Positions 48,956 through 61,720 are shown, counted from the stretch's first letter. The stretch: DNA of 64,000 bases from Escherichia coli (GCF_050920415.1 NZ_CP169309.1); one strand, 5' to 3'. Numbers and translations are program-made. Notes: a model not told the origin generated them from the sequence alone.

Positions 48956-50566
48956 TTACATTTGATCAAACGAAAGACGCCGACGAGCACGGGATGCAGG
49001 CTTTACGACCGCCTGAGCCATCGCCTCACCAATTTCTGCACATGCCGTAAGTCCCTGTACGAATGGCCGGTCGTGCATCAACCAGGGCAACGCGCCGAAC
49101 GCTACGCGCCCACGAATTTCTTCGGGTTGCTGTAGCGTATAATCTTCGCCAACATCAGGGATTTCATCCCCTGTTTTCTGTAATTGTTCGCGTAGTCCAG
49201 GGAAAGGAATATCTTTCACTTTAAGCGGACGCTGCCCGCGGGCATCAATAAAAACGTCAAACGAGTAGCTATCGTCTTCCGTTTTCAGGACGGTGCGCGA
49301 CTCATTAATTTCCATTTCGTAGTCTTCACCGAGGGCGAGAATATGAATGATTCCCGCTTCACGTAAGGCCAGTAGTCGACGAATAGACTCTGAAGGGATT
49401 GCCGCATAATTATCGATGAAAACCCGGGCAAGGCCTTTACTGAACCGTTTATGGTCGTGTTCATTCAGATGAGGAACAATTTCCTGTACGGCTTCATGCA
49501 GGCGCAGAATGACATAACGCCAGGGAACAGTATGTTTTTCTCGTTTATTGCGTTCGACTTCCTGGAGATTTTTTTCTGCCCAGTCGAATGGGTCGCGTTG
49601 TTTGCGCTCGGCAAACCAGGCTTGAGCAAAGGAATCGACATTCAGGCTCTCTAAGGCTATGCGTTGGCTCCAGTCTGGATCAGCAAATTTGATTTCCTCT
49701 ACTATTAATTCGAATACTCGATCCAAAAGGCCCTCTTCGCCTTTTTGAATCTCCGCATTTAATGCCTGTTCAGTGACGATGTGTAAGGGCTCGTAGGGAA
49801 TAGGGCAATAGAAATCGGCTTCGGGTAAAATACCCGTGCGCGACATCAACGTAATATTTAGCTTTTCACTTGCGTTATCGCGGTGAAAAACGACGTGTTG
49901 TTTATCATCTTCAATGAACGAACCATGCTGAATAGCCACTGCCATTGCCGCATCCAGTCCGCTCAAGGATGTTCCCATAATACCCACGTTACACGCATCG
50001 ACCTTTGCTTCCATCAGGCCTGACCACGGGCTGGGAAAATACGTTCTGGTTGCTTCTTCTTCATCAGGCCAGACGTGACCCGTCGCGATCACCGCTAAAT
50101 CAAACGTCTCGCTGGGTAAATCCTGATTTGTAGCGAGCATGACGCCAGCATTTATAATTTGCAGATCGGTAACCTGGCATGATTCATAAACAGCCACTGC
50201 AAATTTTTGCTGTCGTGCCTGGTCTACTAATCGTAAAAATTGATCGCGGAAATATTCGCCCAGCAGAATTCGCGGTAAAAACTGGCGATCGTGCAAGGTT
50301 TCTTTTTTAACGCCATAACGCTGGAGATGGCTGGCTTCTTGCTTTTGTAGCCATTCGAGATACGTACAATAAATCGGCGGTATTTCAATACTGGCAATAT
50401 TTGCCAGCATCAGTTTTGAGTTTTCCTCATCACTGTATGGCATCCCGACACCGGCTTCGTCAGCCTGCTCGAAGATAGAAATAGAAAGTGGAGTTTGTTG
50501 CTGTAGAAGCGAGAATAAGGTGTAGATCCCCGTAGGCCCGGCACCCACAATAGCAATTTTTTTCAT
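48956..50566 (-). CDS. ydhS: FAD/NAD(P)-binding protein YdhS
   Basis: 536 aa, N-terminal Rossmann motif IAIVGAGPTG. Confidence 0.88.
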   Translation of the reverse strand: MKKIAIVGAGPTGIYTLFSLLQQQTPLSISIFEQADEAGVGMPYSDEENSKLMLANIASIEIPPIYCTYLEWLQKQEASHLQRYGVKKETLHDRQFLPRILLGEYFRDQFLRLVDQARQQKFAVAVYESCQVTDLQIINAGVMLATNQDLPSETFDLAVIATGHVWPDEEEATRTYFPSPWSGLMEAKVDACNVGIMGTSLSGLDAAMAVAIQHGSFIEDDKQHVVFHRDNASEKLNITLMSRTGILPEADFYCPIPYEPLHIVTEQALNAEIQKGEEGLLDRVFELIVEEIKFADPDWSQRIALESLNVDSFAQAWFAERKQRDPFDWAEKNLQEVERNKREKHTVPWRYVILRLHEAVQEIVPHLNEHDHKRFSKGLARVFIDNYAAIPSESIRRLLALREAGIIHILALGEDYEMEINESRTVLKTEDDSYSFDVFIDARGQRPLKVKDIPFPGLREQLQKTGDEIPDVGEDYTLQQPEEIRGRVAFGALPWLMHDRPFVQGLTACAEIGEAMAQAVVKPASRARRRLSFDQM

Positions 50567-50691
50567 TGTTACTTACCTGTACGCATTCTTTCGAATTTAG
50601 TGTTATCAGATAAGTTTGGTTGAAATTTTTAGAATTTGAGAAATTTCAGACAGGGATGAAAAGGGCGCTAACCGCCCTTGGTTAAAATCTG

Positions 50692-50997
50692 TCAGGCGAG
50701 TTTTGCCTGATTGATTTGACTCAGTGGCTCATTGACATCGAAAACTTTGGCGACAACTTCCTCAACGCCGAGATTTTTCAGTCGGGCAGTATGTTTTTCC
50801 AGATAGGCAAGGGCGCTTTTTTCATCAGTGAAAAGGTAGATCCCACCGGCTTCGTGGTTCTTTTCACTTTCTGTCCATACCTTCCACAGAAAACCAGGTT
50901 CCTGATTAATTGACTCAGCAAGCGGTTTAAGCTGCTCAGCCATTGCGTCGCCAAATGGGCCATTAAAAGCAAAATGAAGTTGTAACAAAGTTGCCAT
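50692..50997 (-). CDS. ydhR: Small dimeric alpha/beta-barrel (putative monooxygenase) protein YdhR
   Basis: 101 aa, ATG 50997, [16 protein letters not shown]. Confidence 0.85.
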
Positions 50998-51104
50998 AGC
51001 GATTCTCCTTCTGATAACGCATACGAAGACAGTGTAAATCTTTTAACGTATTGGATACAGAGAAGAAACAGAGGGAAAAAGGAGAAGACCAGATTAAGAA
51101 AATC

Positions 51105-51181
51105 TGGTGCGTCCGAGTGGACTCGAACCACCGACCCCCACCATGTCAAGGTGGTGCTCTAACCAACTGAGCTACGGACGC
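51105..51181 (-). tRNA. valW: tRNA-Val (anticodon GAC), downstream copy
   Basis: Reverse complement GCGTCCGTAGCTCAGTTGGTTAGAGCACCACCTTGACATGGTGGGGGTCGGTGGTTCGAGTCCACTCGGACGCACCA folds as tRNA with anticodon GAC and encoded CCA; valV/valW names assigned by position only. Confidence 0.95.
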
Positions 51182-51185
51182 AGGA

Positions 51186-51262
51186 TGGTGCGTTCAATTG
51201 GACTCGAACCAACGACCCCCACCATGTCAAGGTGGTGCTCTAACCAACTGAGCTATGAACGC
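51186..51262 (-). tRNA. valV: tRNA-Val (anticodon GAC), upstream copy
   Basis: Reverse complement GCGTTCATAGCTCAGTTGGTTAGAGCACCACCTTGACATGGTGGGGGTCGTTGGTTCGAGTCCAATTGAACGCACCA; 4-nt spacer to the second copy. Confidence 0.95.
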
Positions 51263-51568
51263 AACGTTGTAGGTGACAACGGGGACGAATATTAGCGGCA
51301 GAGTGGGAAGGTGGCAAGAGGCAAAACGTATTTTTCTGCGGTATTTCGACCGTTTGCAGAGCTTTTAAGCAAATTGGCTATATTTTGTTGATTTGCAAGG
51401 GCGATTTTTATTCAGGATCGCATTTACATCTGACACAACCCAATAATCTTTATCAGAGTTTAAACAGAGTTGTTTGCCACCATCTCAAAATCTGTCGTGG
51501 ATAAATCCTCCGTAGCCTTTACACTTAGGTAGCAATAAAGGCACACAGATGCAGCAAAGGAATAAATC

Positions 51569-52825
51569 ATGGGATCTGATGCGAAAAACTTGATGAGCGA
51601 CGGGAACGTGCAAATTGTTAAGACCGGCGAGGTCATTGGCGCGACGCAACTTACTGAAGGTGAGTTAATTGTTGAAGCTGGCGCAAGAGCCGAAAATACC
51701 GTGGTCACGGGGGCCGGTTGGTTGAAAGTGGCAACCGGTGGGATCGCCAAATGCACACAGTACGGCAACAATGGCACGCTATCGGTCAGTGACGGTGCCA
51801 TTGCCACAGATATTGTTCAGTCAGAGGGAGGCGCAATTAGTCTCTCTACGCTCGCTACGGTTAATGGCCGCCATCCAGAAGGTAAATTTAGCGTTGATCA
51901 AGGTTATGCCTGCGGTTTGTTGCTGGAAAATGGCGGTAACCTGCGTGTACTGGAAGGCCATCGCGCGGAAAAAATCATTCTCGATCAAGAGGGCGGCCTG
52001 TTGGTCAATGGGACAACCTCAGCGGTCGTGGTAGATGAAGGTGGTGAATTGTTGGTGTATCCAGGTGGGGAAGCCAGCAATTGTGAGATTAATCAGGGCG
52101 GCGTTTTTATGCTGGCGGGGAAAGCCAGTGATACATTGCTTGCTGGTGGCACCATGAATAATCTCGGTGGTGAAGACTCTAACACTATTGTTGAGAATGG
52201 AGCCATTTATCGTCTGGGGACGGATGGCCTTCAGCTCTATAGTTCCGGTAAGACGCAAAACCTGTCCGTTAATGTGGGTGGTCGGGCTGAAGTGCATGCT
52301 GGTGCGCTGGAAAACGCGGTAATACAAGGTGGGACAGTGATCTTGTTGTCACCCACCAGCGCGGACGAAAATTTTGTCGTAGAGGAAGATCGCGCACCGG
52401 TTGAACTGACCGGGAGTGTTGCATTACTGGACGGCGCTTCAATGATTATTGGCTATGGCGCAGATCTGCAACAATCATCGATTACTGTACAGCAGGGCGG
52501 TGTGTTGATTTTCGATGGCAGCACGGTAAAAGGTGACAGTGTCACTTTCAATATTGGTAACATCAATCTGAATGGTGGAAAACTGTGGCTGATCACTGAT
52601 GCGGCAACGCATGTGCAACTGAAAGTGAAACACCTGCGCGGAGAGGGAGCGATTTGCCTGCAAACCAGTGCGAAAGAAATTTCACCTGACTTCATCAATG
52701 TGAAAGGGGAAGTTAACGGTGATATACACGTTGAGATAACCGATGCCAGTCGGCAAACTCTGTGTAACGCACTGAAACTACAGCCAGACGAAGACGGGAT
52801 TGGCGCAACGCTCCAGCCTGCGTAA
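51569..52825 (+). CDS. ydhQ: Autotransporter-passenger-like protein lacking signal peptide and beta-barrel
   Basis: 418 aa Gly/Asn/Thr-rich beta-helix-like repeats; no N-terminal signal sequence and no C-terminal translocator. Confidence 0.88.
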   Translation: MGSDAKNLMSDGNVQIVKTGEVIGATQLTEGELIVEAGARAENTVVTGAGWLKVATGGIAKCTQYGNNGTLSVSDGAIATDIVQSEGGAISLSTLATVNGRHPEGKFSVDQGYACGLLLENGGNLRVLEGHRAEKIILDQEGGLLVNGTTSAVVVDEGGELLVYPGGEASNCEINQGGVFMLAGKASDTLLAGGTMNNLGGEDSNTIVENGAIYRLGTDGLQLYSSGKTQNLSVNVGGRAEVHAGALENAVIQGGTVILLSPTSADENFVVEEDRAPVELTGSVALLDGASMIIGYGADLQQSSITVQQGGVLIFDGSTVKGDSVTFNIGNINLNGGKLWLITDAATHVQLKVKHLRGEGAICLQTSAKEISPDFINVKGEVNGDIHVEITDASRQTLCNALKLQPDEDGIGATLQPA

Positions 52826-52831
52826 AAACAC

Positions 52832-52865
52832 AGGCGCAACCCGTGAAGGTTGCGCCTTGTCTTTA

Positions 52866-52868
<3 letters not shown>
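52832..52868 (+). terminator. Hairpin terminator between convergent ydhQ and mdtK
   Basis: aggcgcaacc-cgtgaa-ggttgcgcct followed by tgtctttatt. Confidence 0.65.
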
Positions 52869-54260
<1,392 letters not shown>

Positions 54261-54453
54261 TTATATGAGAGACTAAAAAGCCGCCTGAATGGGCAGCAAA
54301 AAGAAGAAGCAGGGGAAATTCAGTCTATTGTAGCGAGGATTTATTAATTCTCCAGTGAAAAAATAGCCATTCTTACCCCTTCACTGGTAAGGGCGTTTTC
54401 CACCTGCTATTGTGCTGAACAGAATGTCTTAACTGATTTCAGGAGTTGTGAGT

Positions 54454-55095
54454 ATGTTTACGGGGATTGTACAGGGCATCGCAAAACTGGTGTCGATTGA
54501 CGAGAAACCAAATTTTCGCACACATGTGGTTGAGTTACCTGACTACATGCTGGACGGGCTGGAAACCGGTGCGTCCGTGGCGCATAACGGTTGCTGCCTG
54601 ACCGTAACGGAAATTAACGGCAACCATGTCAGTTTTGACCTGATGAAAGAAACGTTACGCATTACTAATCTTGGCGATTTAAATGTGGGGGATTGGGTAA
54701 ACGTTGAGCGTGCGGCGAAATTCAGCGATGAAATTGGCGGACACTTAATGTCAGGTCATATTATGACCACCGCTGAAGTGGCGAAAATATTAACCTCGGA
54801 AAATAATCGTCAGATCTGGTTTAAAGTCCAGGATAGTCAGTTGATGAAATATATCCTGTACAAAGGATTTATTGGCATCGACGGTATTAGCCTGACCGTC
54901 GGCGAAGTCACGCCAACGCGTTTTTGCGTCCATTTAATTCCGGAAACACTGGAACGCACTACCCTTGGGAAGAAAAAACTCGGCGCACGCGTCAACATTG
55001 AAATCGATCCACAAACTCAGGCAGTGGTAGATACGGTAGAACGTGTGCTGGCGGCACGAGAAAATGCCATGAATCAACCAGGTACAGAAGCCTGA
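54454..55095 (+). CDS. ribC: Riboflavin synthase (alpha chain)
   Basis: 213 aa from ATG 54454 (MFTGIVQG) with RBS aggag at 54441-54445; the ORF-track start at 54448 is GTG. Confidence 0.93.
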   Translation: MFTGIVQGIAKLVSIDEKPNFRTHVVELPDYMLDGLETGASVAHNGCCLTVTEINGNHVSFDLMKETLRITNLGDLNVGDWVNVERAAKFSDEIGGHLMSGHIMTTAEVAKILTSENNRQIWFKVQDSQLMKYILYKGFIGIDGISLTVGEVTPTRFCVHLIPETLERTTLGKKKLGARVNIEIDPQTQAVVDTVERVLAARENAMNQPGTEA

Positions 55096-55101
55096 TCTGA
55101 A

Positions 55102-55124
55102 ATCGCCCCCGGAGCGGGGGCGAT
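55102..55124 (+). terminator. Bidirectional hairpin between convergent ribC and cfa
   Basis: atcgcccccg-gagc-gggggcgat perfect stem-loop. Confidence 0.65.
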
Positions 55125-55134
55125 AGAATAGCCT

Positions 55135-56283
55135 CTAGCGAGCGACTCGAAGGCCGTTTTCGACTCCGCGAGAGAACACCACCTGCCAGAGCTGAATATC
55201 ACGGGCGCGGAAAGCACCTGCACAGGCATTCAGATAATAGGTAAACATCCGTTTAAAGCGTTCACTGTAGTTATCCGCAATTTCTGGCCATGCAGCGAGG
55301 AAACGTTCATACCACGCCATCAACGTAGTATCGTAATCAGCACCGAAGTTATGCCAGTCTTCCATCACAAAGTGGGGTTCGCTGGACTGAGCAATCTGGC
55401 GTACAGAGGGCAGGCAACCGTTCGGGAAAATATATTTATTAATCCAGGGATCAACATTCAGATCGGTTTTTTTCGAACCGATAGTATGGAGCAGGAATAT
55501 ACCTTCCGGTTTCAAATTACGATCCACCACCGCAAAATAGGTATCGTAATTTTTCGGTCCGACGTGCTCGAACATCCCCACAGAAACAATACGATCAAAC
55601 TGGTCGTTCAGGTCACGATAATCTTGCAGCAAAATGGTGACATCCAGGCCTTCACAGCGTTCCTGAGCCATTTTTTGCTGTTCAGCAGAAATGGTGACGC
55701 CCACCACGCTTACGTCATAGTTAGACGCCATGTAATGCGCCAGTCCGCCCCAACCACAGCCAATATCCAGTACGCGCATCCCTGGTTTTAACTGCAATTT
55801 TTCACAAATCATTTTGAGCTTCGCCTGCTGGGCAGATTCCAGATTATCGGCATCTTTCCAGTAAGCGCAGGAATATTGCATGAACGGATCAAGCATGCGA
55901 CTGAATAAGTCATTACCCAAATCGTAATGCTCTTTGCCGACTATCCAGGCACGTTTTTTACTCTGCAGATTGAAGAGACGAGCGCTGGCAATACGCAGCG
56001 TGTCTTTGAAATGATGGGGGAGTTGGTTCTCGAGACCTGCGCGTAAGACTTTGCTAAAAAACATATCCAGTCGGTCACATTCCCACCAGCCATCCATATA
56101 ACTTTCGCCTAACCCCAACGATCCTTCCTGCAGAACGCGTTTAAAAAAATCGGGATTTTTCACACGAATATCCGCCGGGGCAGAACCGTTAATGGCTATA
56201 CCGGCACGGCTAAGTAATTCGTTGGCGATACGGTACCAGTTGTCATCCGGTACGCTGACTTCTTCTATACACGATGAACTCAT
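55135..56283 (-). CDS. cfa: Cyclopropane-fatty-acyl-phospholipid synthase
   Basis: 382 aa, MSSSCIEEVSVPDDNWYRIANELL; SAM-binding motif VLDIGCGWGG. Confidence 0.95.
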   Translation of the reverse strand: MSSSCIEEVSVPDDNWYRIANELLSRAGIAINGSAPADIRVKNPDFFKRVLQEGSLGLGESYMDGWWECDRLDMFFSKVLRAGLENQLPHHFKDTLRIASARLFNLQSKKRAWIVGKEHYDLGNDLFSRMLDPFMQYSCAYWKDADNLESAQQAKLKMICEKLQLKPGMRVLDIGCGWGGLAHYMASNYDVSVVGVTISAEQQKMAQERCEGLDVTILLQDYRDLNDQFDRIVSVGMFEHVGPKNYDTYFAVVDRNLKPEGIFLLHTIGSKKTDLNVDPWINKYIFPNGCLPSVRQIAQSSEPHFVMEDWHNFGADYDTTLMAWYERFLAAWPEIADNYSERFKRMFTYYLNACAGAFRARDIQLWQVVFSRGVENGLRVAR

Positions 56284-56573
56284 AGTTTCTCCATCACTGG
56301 TCGGTGATCAGAACCTTAAAACAGCGTAGACGCTTTTTGGGCTTTGTGAGAAATCTCGCAGAAAAAACTGCGAGTCTATAATCCGACGTAGAACAGAGGG
56401 AAAGGAGGAACCCTTGCCGAAATGACCATCCATAGTGAGTAGGGAACGTTCCTGTCCCCATAAAAACATAATATTTATCGTAGTCTTAACAACTCGAAAT
56501 TAGTATAGGCCGCTAATTTCAATCATACAACAAAATTTTGTTAGCAGCCTAAGTATAAGCATATCGATATAGA

Positions 56574-57785
56574 TCAGTGTGATTCGCTATGCGCCACTTC
56601 GGCATTGCCATGGCTCTGGCAATCCACTTCTTCACTGCGTTGCATCATGTAACCGAGAGCGACCAGCACTACTGTTGATAACATCACGCTGGTGGTGGTG
56701 AGCAATGGCGTACTGATACTGATAAGCCAGGACACTACCAGACTTGCGAGGAAGCACAGACCCAGTTGTAGAGTGTTCTGCAACGCTGCGGCGCGACCAG
56801 TTGCATGTGGGAAAGGACGCAGTGCCTGGGCGACAACAATCGGGTAGATCGCGCCGTTGGCAATCGCCATCACACAGAATGGGATCAGGATTTCGGCCAG
56901 CGACACATGGCTAATGAAGCCCGCAGCCCAGGTCGCAATGACGCTGACAGCAAACAGCACCAGCAACCACGGTAATAACTGCTTGCCTTGCCATTTTTGT
57001 AGTGCGGCGCGACAGCCATAGCCACCAATCAGAAACGCGATAGTTTGCGGGACATAGCTTAAACCAATCACTGCCGGGCTGTAACCCATTTCGCTAAGGA
57101 TGAACGGTGAACCGGTCAGCCATGCAAAAAAACTGGCTGAACAGGCCGCGTAAATCAGCACGTTGCCGCGATAGGTTTTAGAACGTAGCAGATCGGTAAA
57201 GGTCAGACCATCCTGACTATTGTTACGGGCCTTCGTCGTGGGTTTAAGCCAGAAAATAGGCAAAATCAGTACCACGGTAATGGCAAACAGTGTGGCGAAA
57301 ATCGCCTGCCAGGAAAAATGGACCAGAAGCCAACTTCCTAAAAGAGGAGCCAGTGCCGGAGATAGACCCACTAGCGGCATGATGGTCGCAAAAATACGGT
57401 TAACTTTCTGTGAAGGATAATAATCCGTCACTAACGCTTGCCAGATAACCGCCGCGGCGCAGACACCTATAGCCTGTACAAAACGCAATACCAGCAGCGT
57501 GGCGGCGTTTTCAACCCACAGCATCCCCATACTACCTAACGCAAAAATTGTCAGGCCGATTAATAACACCGGTTTACGACCATAACGGTCGGAGAGCGGC
57601 CCCCACAGAAGCTGGGCTGCGGCAAATCCGGCAAGGAACAGACTAAGGCTGGCACTGACAGCAGACGCAGGCGTTTGCAGGTCGGCCTGTATGGCGGCGA
57701 AAGCAGGCAGATACATATCGGTTGCCAGAAAACCGAGTACGCTCAAACCTGCCAGCCAGACTAAAAATCTTTTCCCAGGTTGCAT
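56574..57785 (-). CDS. punC: MFS transporter (YdhC/PunC purine nucleoside transporter)
   Basis: 403 aa, 12-TMS-like hydrophobic profile; divergent from the LysR regulator. Confidence 0.88.
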   Translation of the reverse strand: MQPGKRFLVWLAGLSVLGFLATDMYLPAFAAIQADLQTPASAVSASLSLFLAGFAAAQLLWGPLSDRYGRKPVLLIGLTIFALGSMGMLWVENAATLLVLRFVQAIGVCAAAVIWQALVTDYYPSQKVNRIFATIMPLVGLSPALAPLLGSWLLVHFSWQAIFATLFAITVVLILPIFWLKPTTKARNNSQDGLTFTDLLRSKTYRGNVLIYAACSASFFAWLTGSPFILSEMGYSPAVIGLSYVPQTIAFLIGGYGCRAALQKWQGKQLLPWLLVLFAVSVIATWAAGFISHVSLAEILIPFCVMAIANGAIYPIVVAQALRPFPHATGRAAALQNTLQLGLCFLASLVVSWLISISTPLLTTTSVMLSTVVLVALGYMMQRSEEVDCQSHGNAEVAHSESH

Positions 57786-57897
57786 GTATATTCTCTAAAT
57801 CTCTCAATTAAACACCGCCGCAAAGTGTAGGGAGTGAAATTAGTGTTGTGAAACGGTAATATTTGATGACTGGTTTCAAAAATTTTGCAGGCAGACT

Positions 57898-58830
57898 ATG
57901 TGGTCAGAATATTCACTCGAAGTTGTTGATGCGGTAGCGCGTAATGGTAGTTTTAGCGCTGCAGCCCAGGAGTTGCATCGCGTTCCTTCTGCGGTCAGCT
58001 ATACCGTGCGTCAGCTGGAAGAGTGGCTGGCGGTGCCGCTGTTTGAACGACGTCACCGTGATGTGGAACTGACCGCTGCCGGGGCGTGGTTTCTCAAAGA
58101 AGGGCGCTCTGTTGTCAAAAAAATGCAGATCACTCGGCAGCAATGTCAGCAGATAGCGAACGGCTGGCGCGGTCAGTTAGCTATCGCAGTGGATAATATT
58201 GTCAGACCAGAACGTACACGGCAGATGATCGTTGATTTTTATCGCCATTTTGATGATGTCGAACTTCTTGTCTTTCAGGAAGTGTTTAACGGTGTCTGGG
58301 ATGCGCTTTCCGACGGGCGCGTGGAACTGGCGATTGGCGCAACACGCGCGATTCCGGTAGGCGGTCGTTATGCCTTCCGGGATATGGGGATGCTAAGCTG
58401 GAGTTGCGTTGTTGCCAGCCACCACCCGCTGGCGTTGATGGATGGCCCGTTCAGCGATGATACGTTGCGCAACTGGCCGTCATTGGTGCGCGAAGACACC
58501 TCGCGAACGCTACCTAAACGTATTACCTGGTTGCTGGATAACCAAAAAAGACTTGTCGTGCCTGACTGGGAATCATCGGCAACCTGTATCTCGGCAGGAT
58601 TATGCATAGGGATGGTGCCAACACATTTCGCCAAACCGTGGCTTAATGAGGGGAAGTGGGTAGCATTAGAACTGGAAAACCCCTTTCCGGATTCGGCATG
58701 TTGTCTGACATGGCAGCAAAATGATATGTCGCCTGCGTTAACCTGGTTGCTTGAGTATCTCGGCGATAGTGAGACGCTGAATAAGGAGTGGCTGCGGGAG
58801 CCGGAAGAGACTCCCGCAACGGGTGATTAA
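57898..58830 (+). CDS. punR: LysR family transcriptional regulator (YdhB/PunR)
   Basis: 310 aa, N-terminal LysR HTH ([23 protein letters not shown]). Confidence 0.88.
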
Positions 58831-59852
58831 CGACGATAGTCTCGGAACGGGCCGTCAGCCACGGAGCGGCGTTCAATCAAGCGCGGATGCACTTCAATGG
58901 ACTGCGGTTCTTCACGTTTGTTGACGATACGATCCAACAGCATGTTGAACGCTGTTTCACCCAGCGAATCTTTTGGCTGATGGATCGTGGTCAGCGCCGG
59001 CGTAAAATAGCGGGCGTTGCGCACGTTATCATAACCGATCAGCGAAACATCCTGCGGGACGCGCAGACCCATTTCATCAGCAGCACAAAGTGCGCCCATT
59101 GCCATGATATCGCCACCACAGAAGACGGCAGTAGGGCGATGCGGCTGCGACAGTATTTGCTGCATGGCGCGATAACCGGATTCAGGTTCAAAGTCACCCT
59201 GTACAATCCAGCTTTCCGGCACTTTGATCATCGCTTCTTCCATTGCCTTCATAAAACCGGCAAGGCGGCCTGCACCAGTGTTACGTTCCAGAGGACCGGG
59301 GATAACGCCGATTTCACGGTGACCACGTTCAATCAGATAACGCCCGGCCATGTAGCCGCCTTCAAACGCGTTATCAATGACTGCATCGGTAAAGTCTGCC
59401 TTTGCTTCACCCCAGTCCATCACCACCATTGGGATATGGCGATACTCTTCCAGCATCGCCAGCAGCGGCTCTGGGTACTCAGAACACATCACCAGCAGAC
59501 CATCGACGCGTTTTTGCGCCATCATCGACAGATAAGCCCGCTGTTTCTCAAGATTGTTCCACGCATTACCCAGAATCAGGGTGTAACCTTTCTGGAAGCA
59601 ATTTTTTTCAACCGCTTCAATGATCTCGGCAAAATAGGCCGCTTCGCTGCTGGTCGCCAGCAAACCGATAGACTTGGTGTGGTTAACCTTCAGGCTACGC
59701 GCCACCGCGCTAGGGGAGTAGTGTAATTCTTTAATCGCTGCCCACACGGCGTTGCGCGTTTCTTCAGCGACGAAACGTGTTTTGTTGATTACGTGTGACA
59801 CAGTTGTAGTGGAAACGTTTGCTCGTTTCGCTACATCTTTTATTGTTGCCAT
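58827..59852 (-). CDS. purR: Purine repressor (LacI family)
   Basis: 341 aa, [36 protein letters not shown]; the 3' end overlaps punR by 4 nt. Confidence 0.97.
59810..59825 (-). promoter_or_regulatory. PUR box (PurR operator O2) inside the purR 5' coding region
   Basis: Minus-strand GAGCAAACGTTTCC contains the pur box core GCAAACGTTT. Confidence 0.55.
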
Positions 59853-59896
59853 TCCATTTCACTCCAGACCCTAACTTCAGCTCCTGCAAAATCGCA

Positions 59897-59912
59897 AGGT
59901 AAACGTTTGCCT
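59897..59912 (-). promoter_or_regulatory. PUR box (PurR operator O1) in the purR leader
   Basis: Minus-strand GGCAAACGTTTACC, palindromic pur box core about 50 bp upstream of the purR ATG. Confidence 0.55.
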
Positions 59913-60150
59913 TTACACACCTTACGCACAACAAAAATGTTGCGGTACGCCGGAAAAACGACACGGAGCGTCAGGAAGGGGTCAATGGCCAGTACGCAAA
60001 TAGTGTAAGCGTGGAATTTTGGCCGATCTTGACGAAAAGGGGAAGTGGTAAAAACACTTATCATTATAAATGACGGGAGATTTTTTCATCACAGTGTGTA
60101 AAAATGCGTAATATCACTTTTTGTGTGGTAATAAAAAAGGAGAAAACTTG

Positions 60151-60240
60151 ATGAGCACCGACCTTAAATTTTCACTGGTAACAACAATTATCGTCCTCGG
60201 TTTGATCGTGGCCGTGGGTTTGACTGCCGCGCTGCACTGA
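60151..60240 (+). CDS. ynhF: Small membrane protein YnhF (29 aa)
   Basis: ATG at 60151 encodes MSTDLKFSLVTTIIVLGLIVAVGLTAALH, a single transmembrane helix, with RBS aggaga upstream; not in the ORF track because it is under 60 aa. Confidence 0.6.
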   Translation: MSTDLKFSLVTTIIVLGLIVAVGLTAALH

Positions 60241-60405
60241 TTTCCTCTCGAGGGAGCGCGTTCTCCCTCGCATCTCCTTCCTGTTTGTTAGCAAAATGGC
60301 AAAAGTGTTTTCTCTTTTTGTTATTTTCATTTTTTTGTGATTGCTGTCATGCTTTCGCCACTTTAATGAATATCGCGTAATGACGCGAAGAGGTGGAGAT
60401 AAGGC

Positions 60406-61575
60406 ATGAAAATTAACTATCCGTTGCTGGCGCTGGCGATTGGCGCGTTTGGTATCGGGACAACGGAGTTCTCGCCAATGGGCTTGTTGCCCGTCATTGC
60501 GCGCGGTGTGGATGTCTCGATTCCCGCTGCCGGAATGTTAATCAGTGCCTATGCAGTTGGCGTAATGGTGGGCGCGCCGCTGATGACGCTTCTACTTTCT
60601 CATCGTGCCCGCCGCAGTGCGTTGATTTTCCTGATGGCGATTTTCACGCTCGGCAACGTACTTTCCGCCATCGCGCCGGATTATATGACCCTGATGCTTT
60701 CACGCATTTTGACCAGCCTGAATCACGGAGCATTTTTTGGTTTGGGTTCAGTCGTGGCCGCAAGCGTGGTGCCAAAACATAAACAGGCCAGCGCAGTTGC
60801 CACTATGTTTATGGGGTTAACCCTGGCAAATATCGGTGGCGTGCCGGCGGCGACCTGGTTGGGTGAAACCATCGGCTGGCGGATGTCATTTCTGGCAACG
60901 GCGGGGCTGGGCGTGATTTCAATGGTAAGTCTGTTCTTCTCATTACCTAAAGGTGGCGCAGGGGCGCGACCTGAAGTGAAAAAAGAGCTGGCGGTATTAA
61001 TGCGTCCGCAGGTGCTGTCTGCATTGCTGACGACGGTGCTGGGAGCTGGCGCCATGTTTACCCTCTACACCTATATCTCTCCGGTACTGCAAAGTATTAC
61101 CCACGCAACACCGGTGTTCGTCACGGCAATGCTGGTGCTGATTGGTGTCGGGTTCTCTATTGGGAACTATCTCGGCGGCAAACTGGCAGATCGTTCAGTT
61201 AACGGCACGTTGAAAGGCTTTTTGTTGCTGCTGATGGTGATTATGCTGGCAATCCCGTTCCTGGCCCGCAATGAGTTTGGCGCAGCTATTAGCATGGTGG
61301 TGTGGGGAGCAGCAACCTTTGCGGTCGTACCGCCGTTACAGATGCGCGTGATGCGTGTCGCCAGTGAAGCGCCTGGTCTGTCTTCATCAGTCAATATTGG
61401 TGCCTTTAATCTAGGAAATGCGCTGGGAGCAGCTGCTGGTGGTGCGGTAATTTCCGCTGGGCTGGGATACAGTTTTGTGCCGGTGATGGGGGCGATTGTC
61501 GCGGGACTGGCATTATTGCTGGTGTTTATGTCAGCCAGAAAACAACCTGAGGCAGTTTGCGTTGCCAACAGCTAA
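60406..61575 (+). CDS. ydhP: MFS transporter YdhP
   Basis: 389 aa, 12 predicted hydrophobic segments, RBS ggtggag upstream. Confidence 0.88.
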   Translation: MKINYPLLALAIGAFGIGTTEFSPMGLLPVIARGVDVSIPAAGMLISAYAVGVMVGAPLMTLLLSHRARRSALIFLMAIFTLGNVLSAIAPDYMTLMLSRILTSLNHGAFFGLGSVVAASVVPKHKQASAVATMFMGLTLANIGGVPAATWLGETIGWRMSFLATAGLGVISMVSLFFSLPKGGAGARPEVKKELAVLMRPQVLSALLTTVLGAGAMFTLYTYISPVLQSITHATPVFVTAMLVLIGVGFSIGNYLGGKLADRSVNGTLKGFLLLLMVIMLAIPFLARNEFGAAISMVVWGAATFAVVPPLQMRVMRVASEAPGLSSSVNIGAFNLGNALGAAAGGAVISAGLGYSFVPVMGAIVAGLALLLVFMSARKQPEAVCVANS

Positions 61576-61584
61576 TTAAACAAA

Positions 61585-61610
61585 AACGCAGAAGGATAAC
61601 CTTCTGCGTT
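61585..61610 (+). terminator. Bidirectional terminator between convergent ydhP and sodB
   Basis: aacgcagaagg-ataa-ccttctgcgtt perfect hairpin. Confidence 0.7.
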
Positions 61611-61720
61611 ACAGTTGCTGGCAACGTGCGATTTATCTTGCCGGATGCGGTGTTAACGCTTCATCCGAGTTGGCATGGTAAGCGAAGCGCATCAGGCAAT
61701 GTTGCATTTGCCATCAGTTA

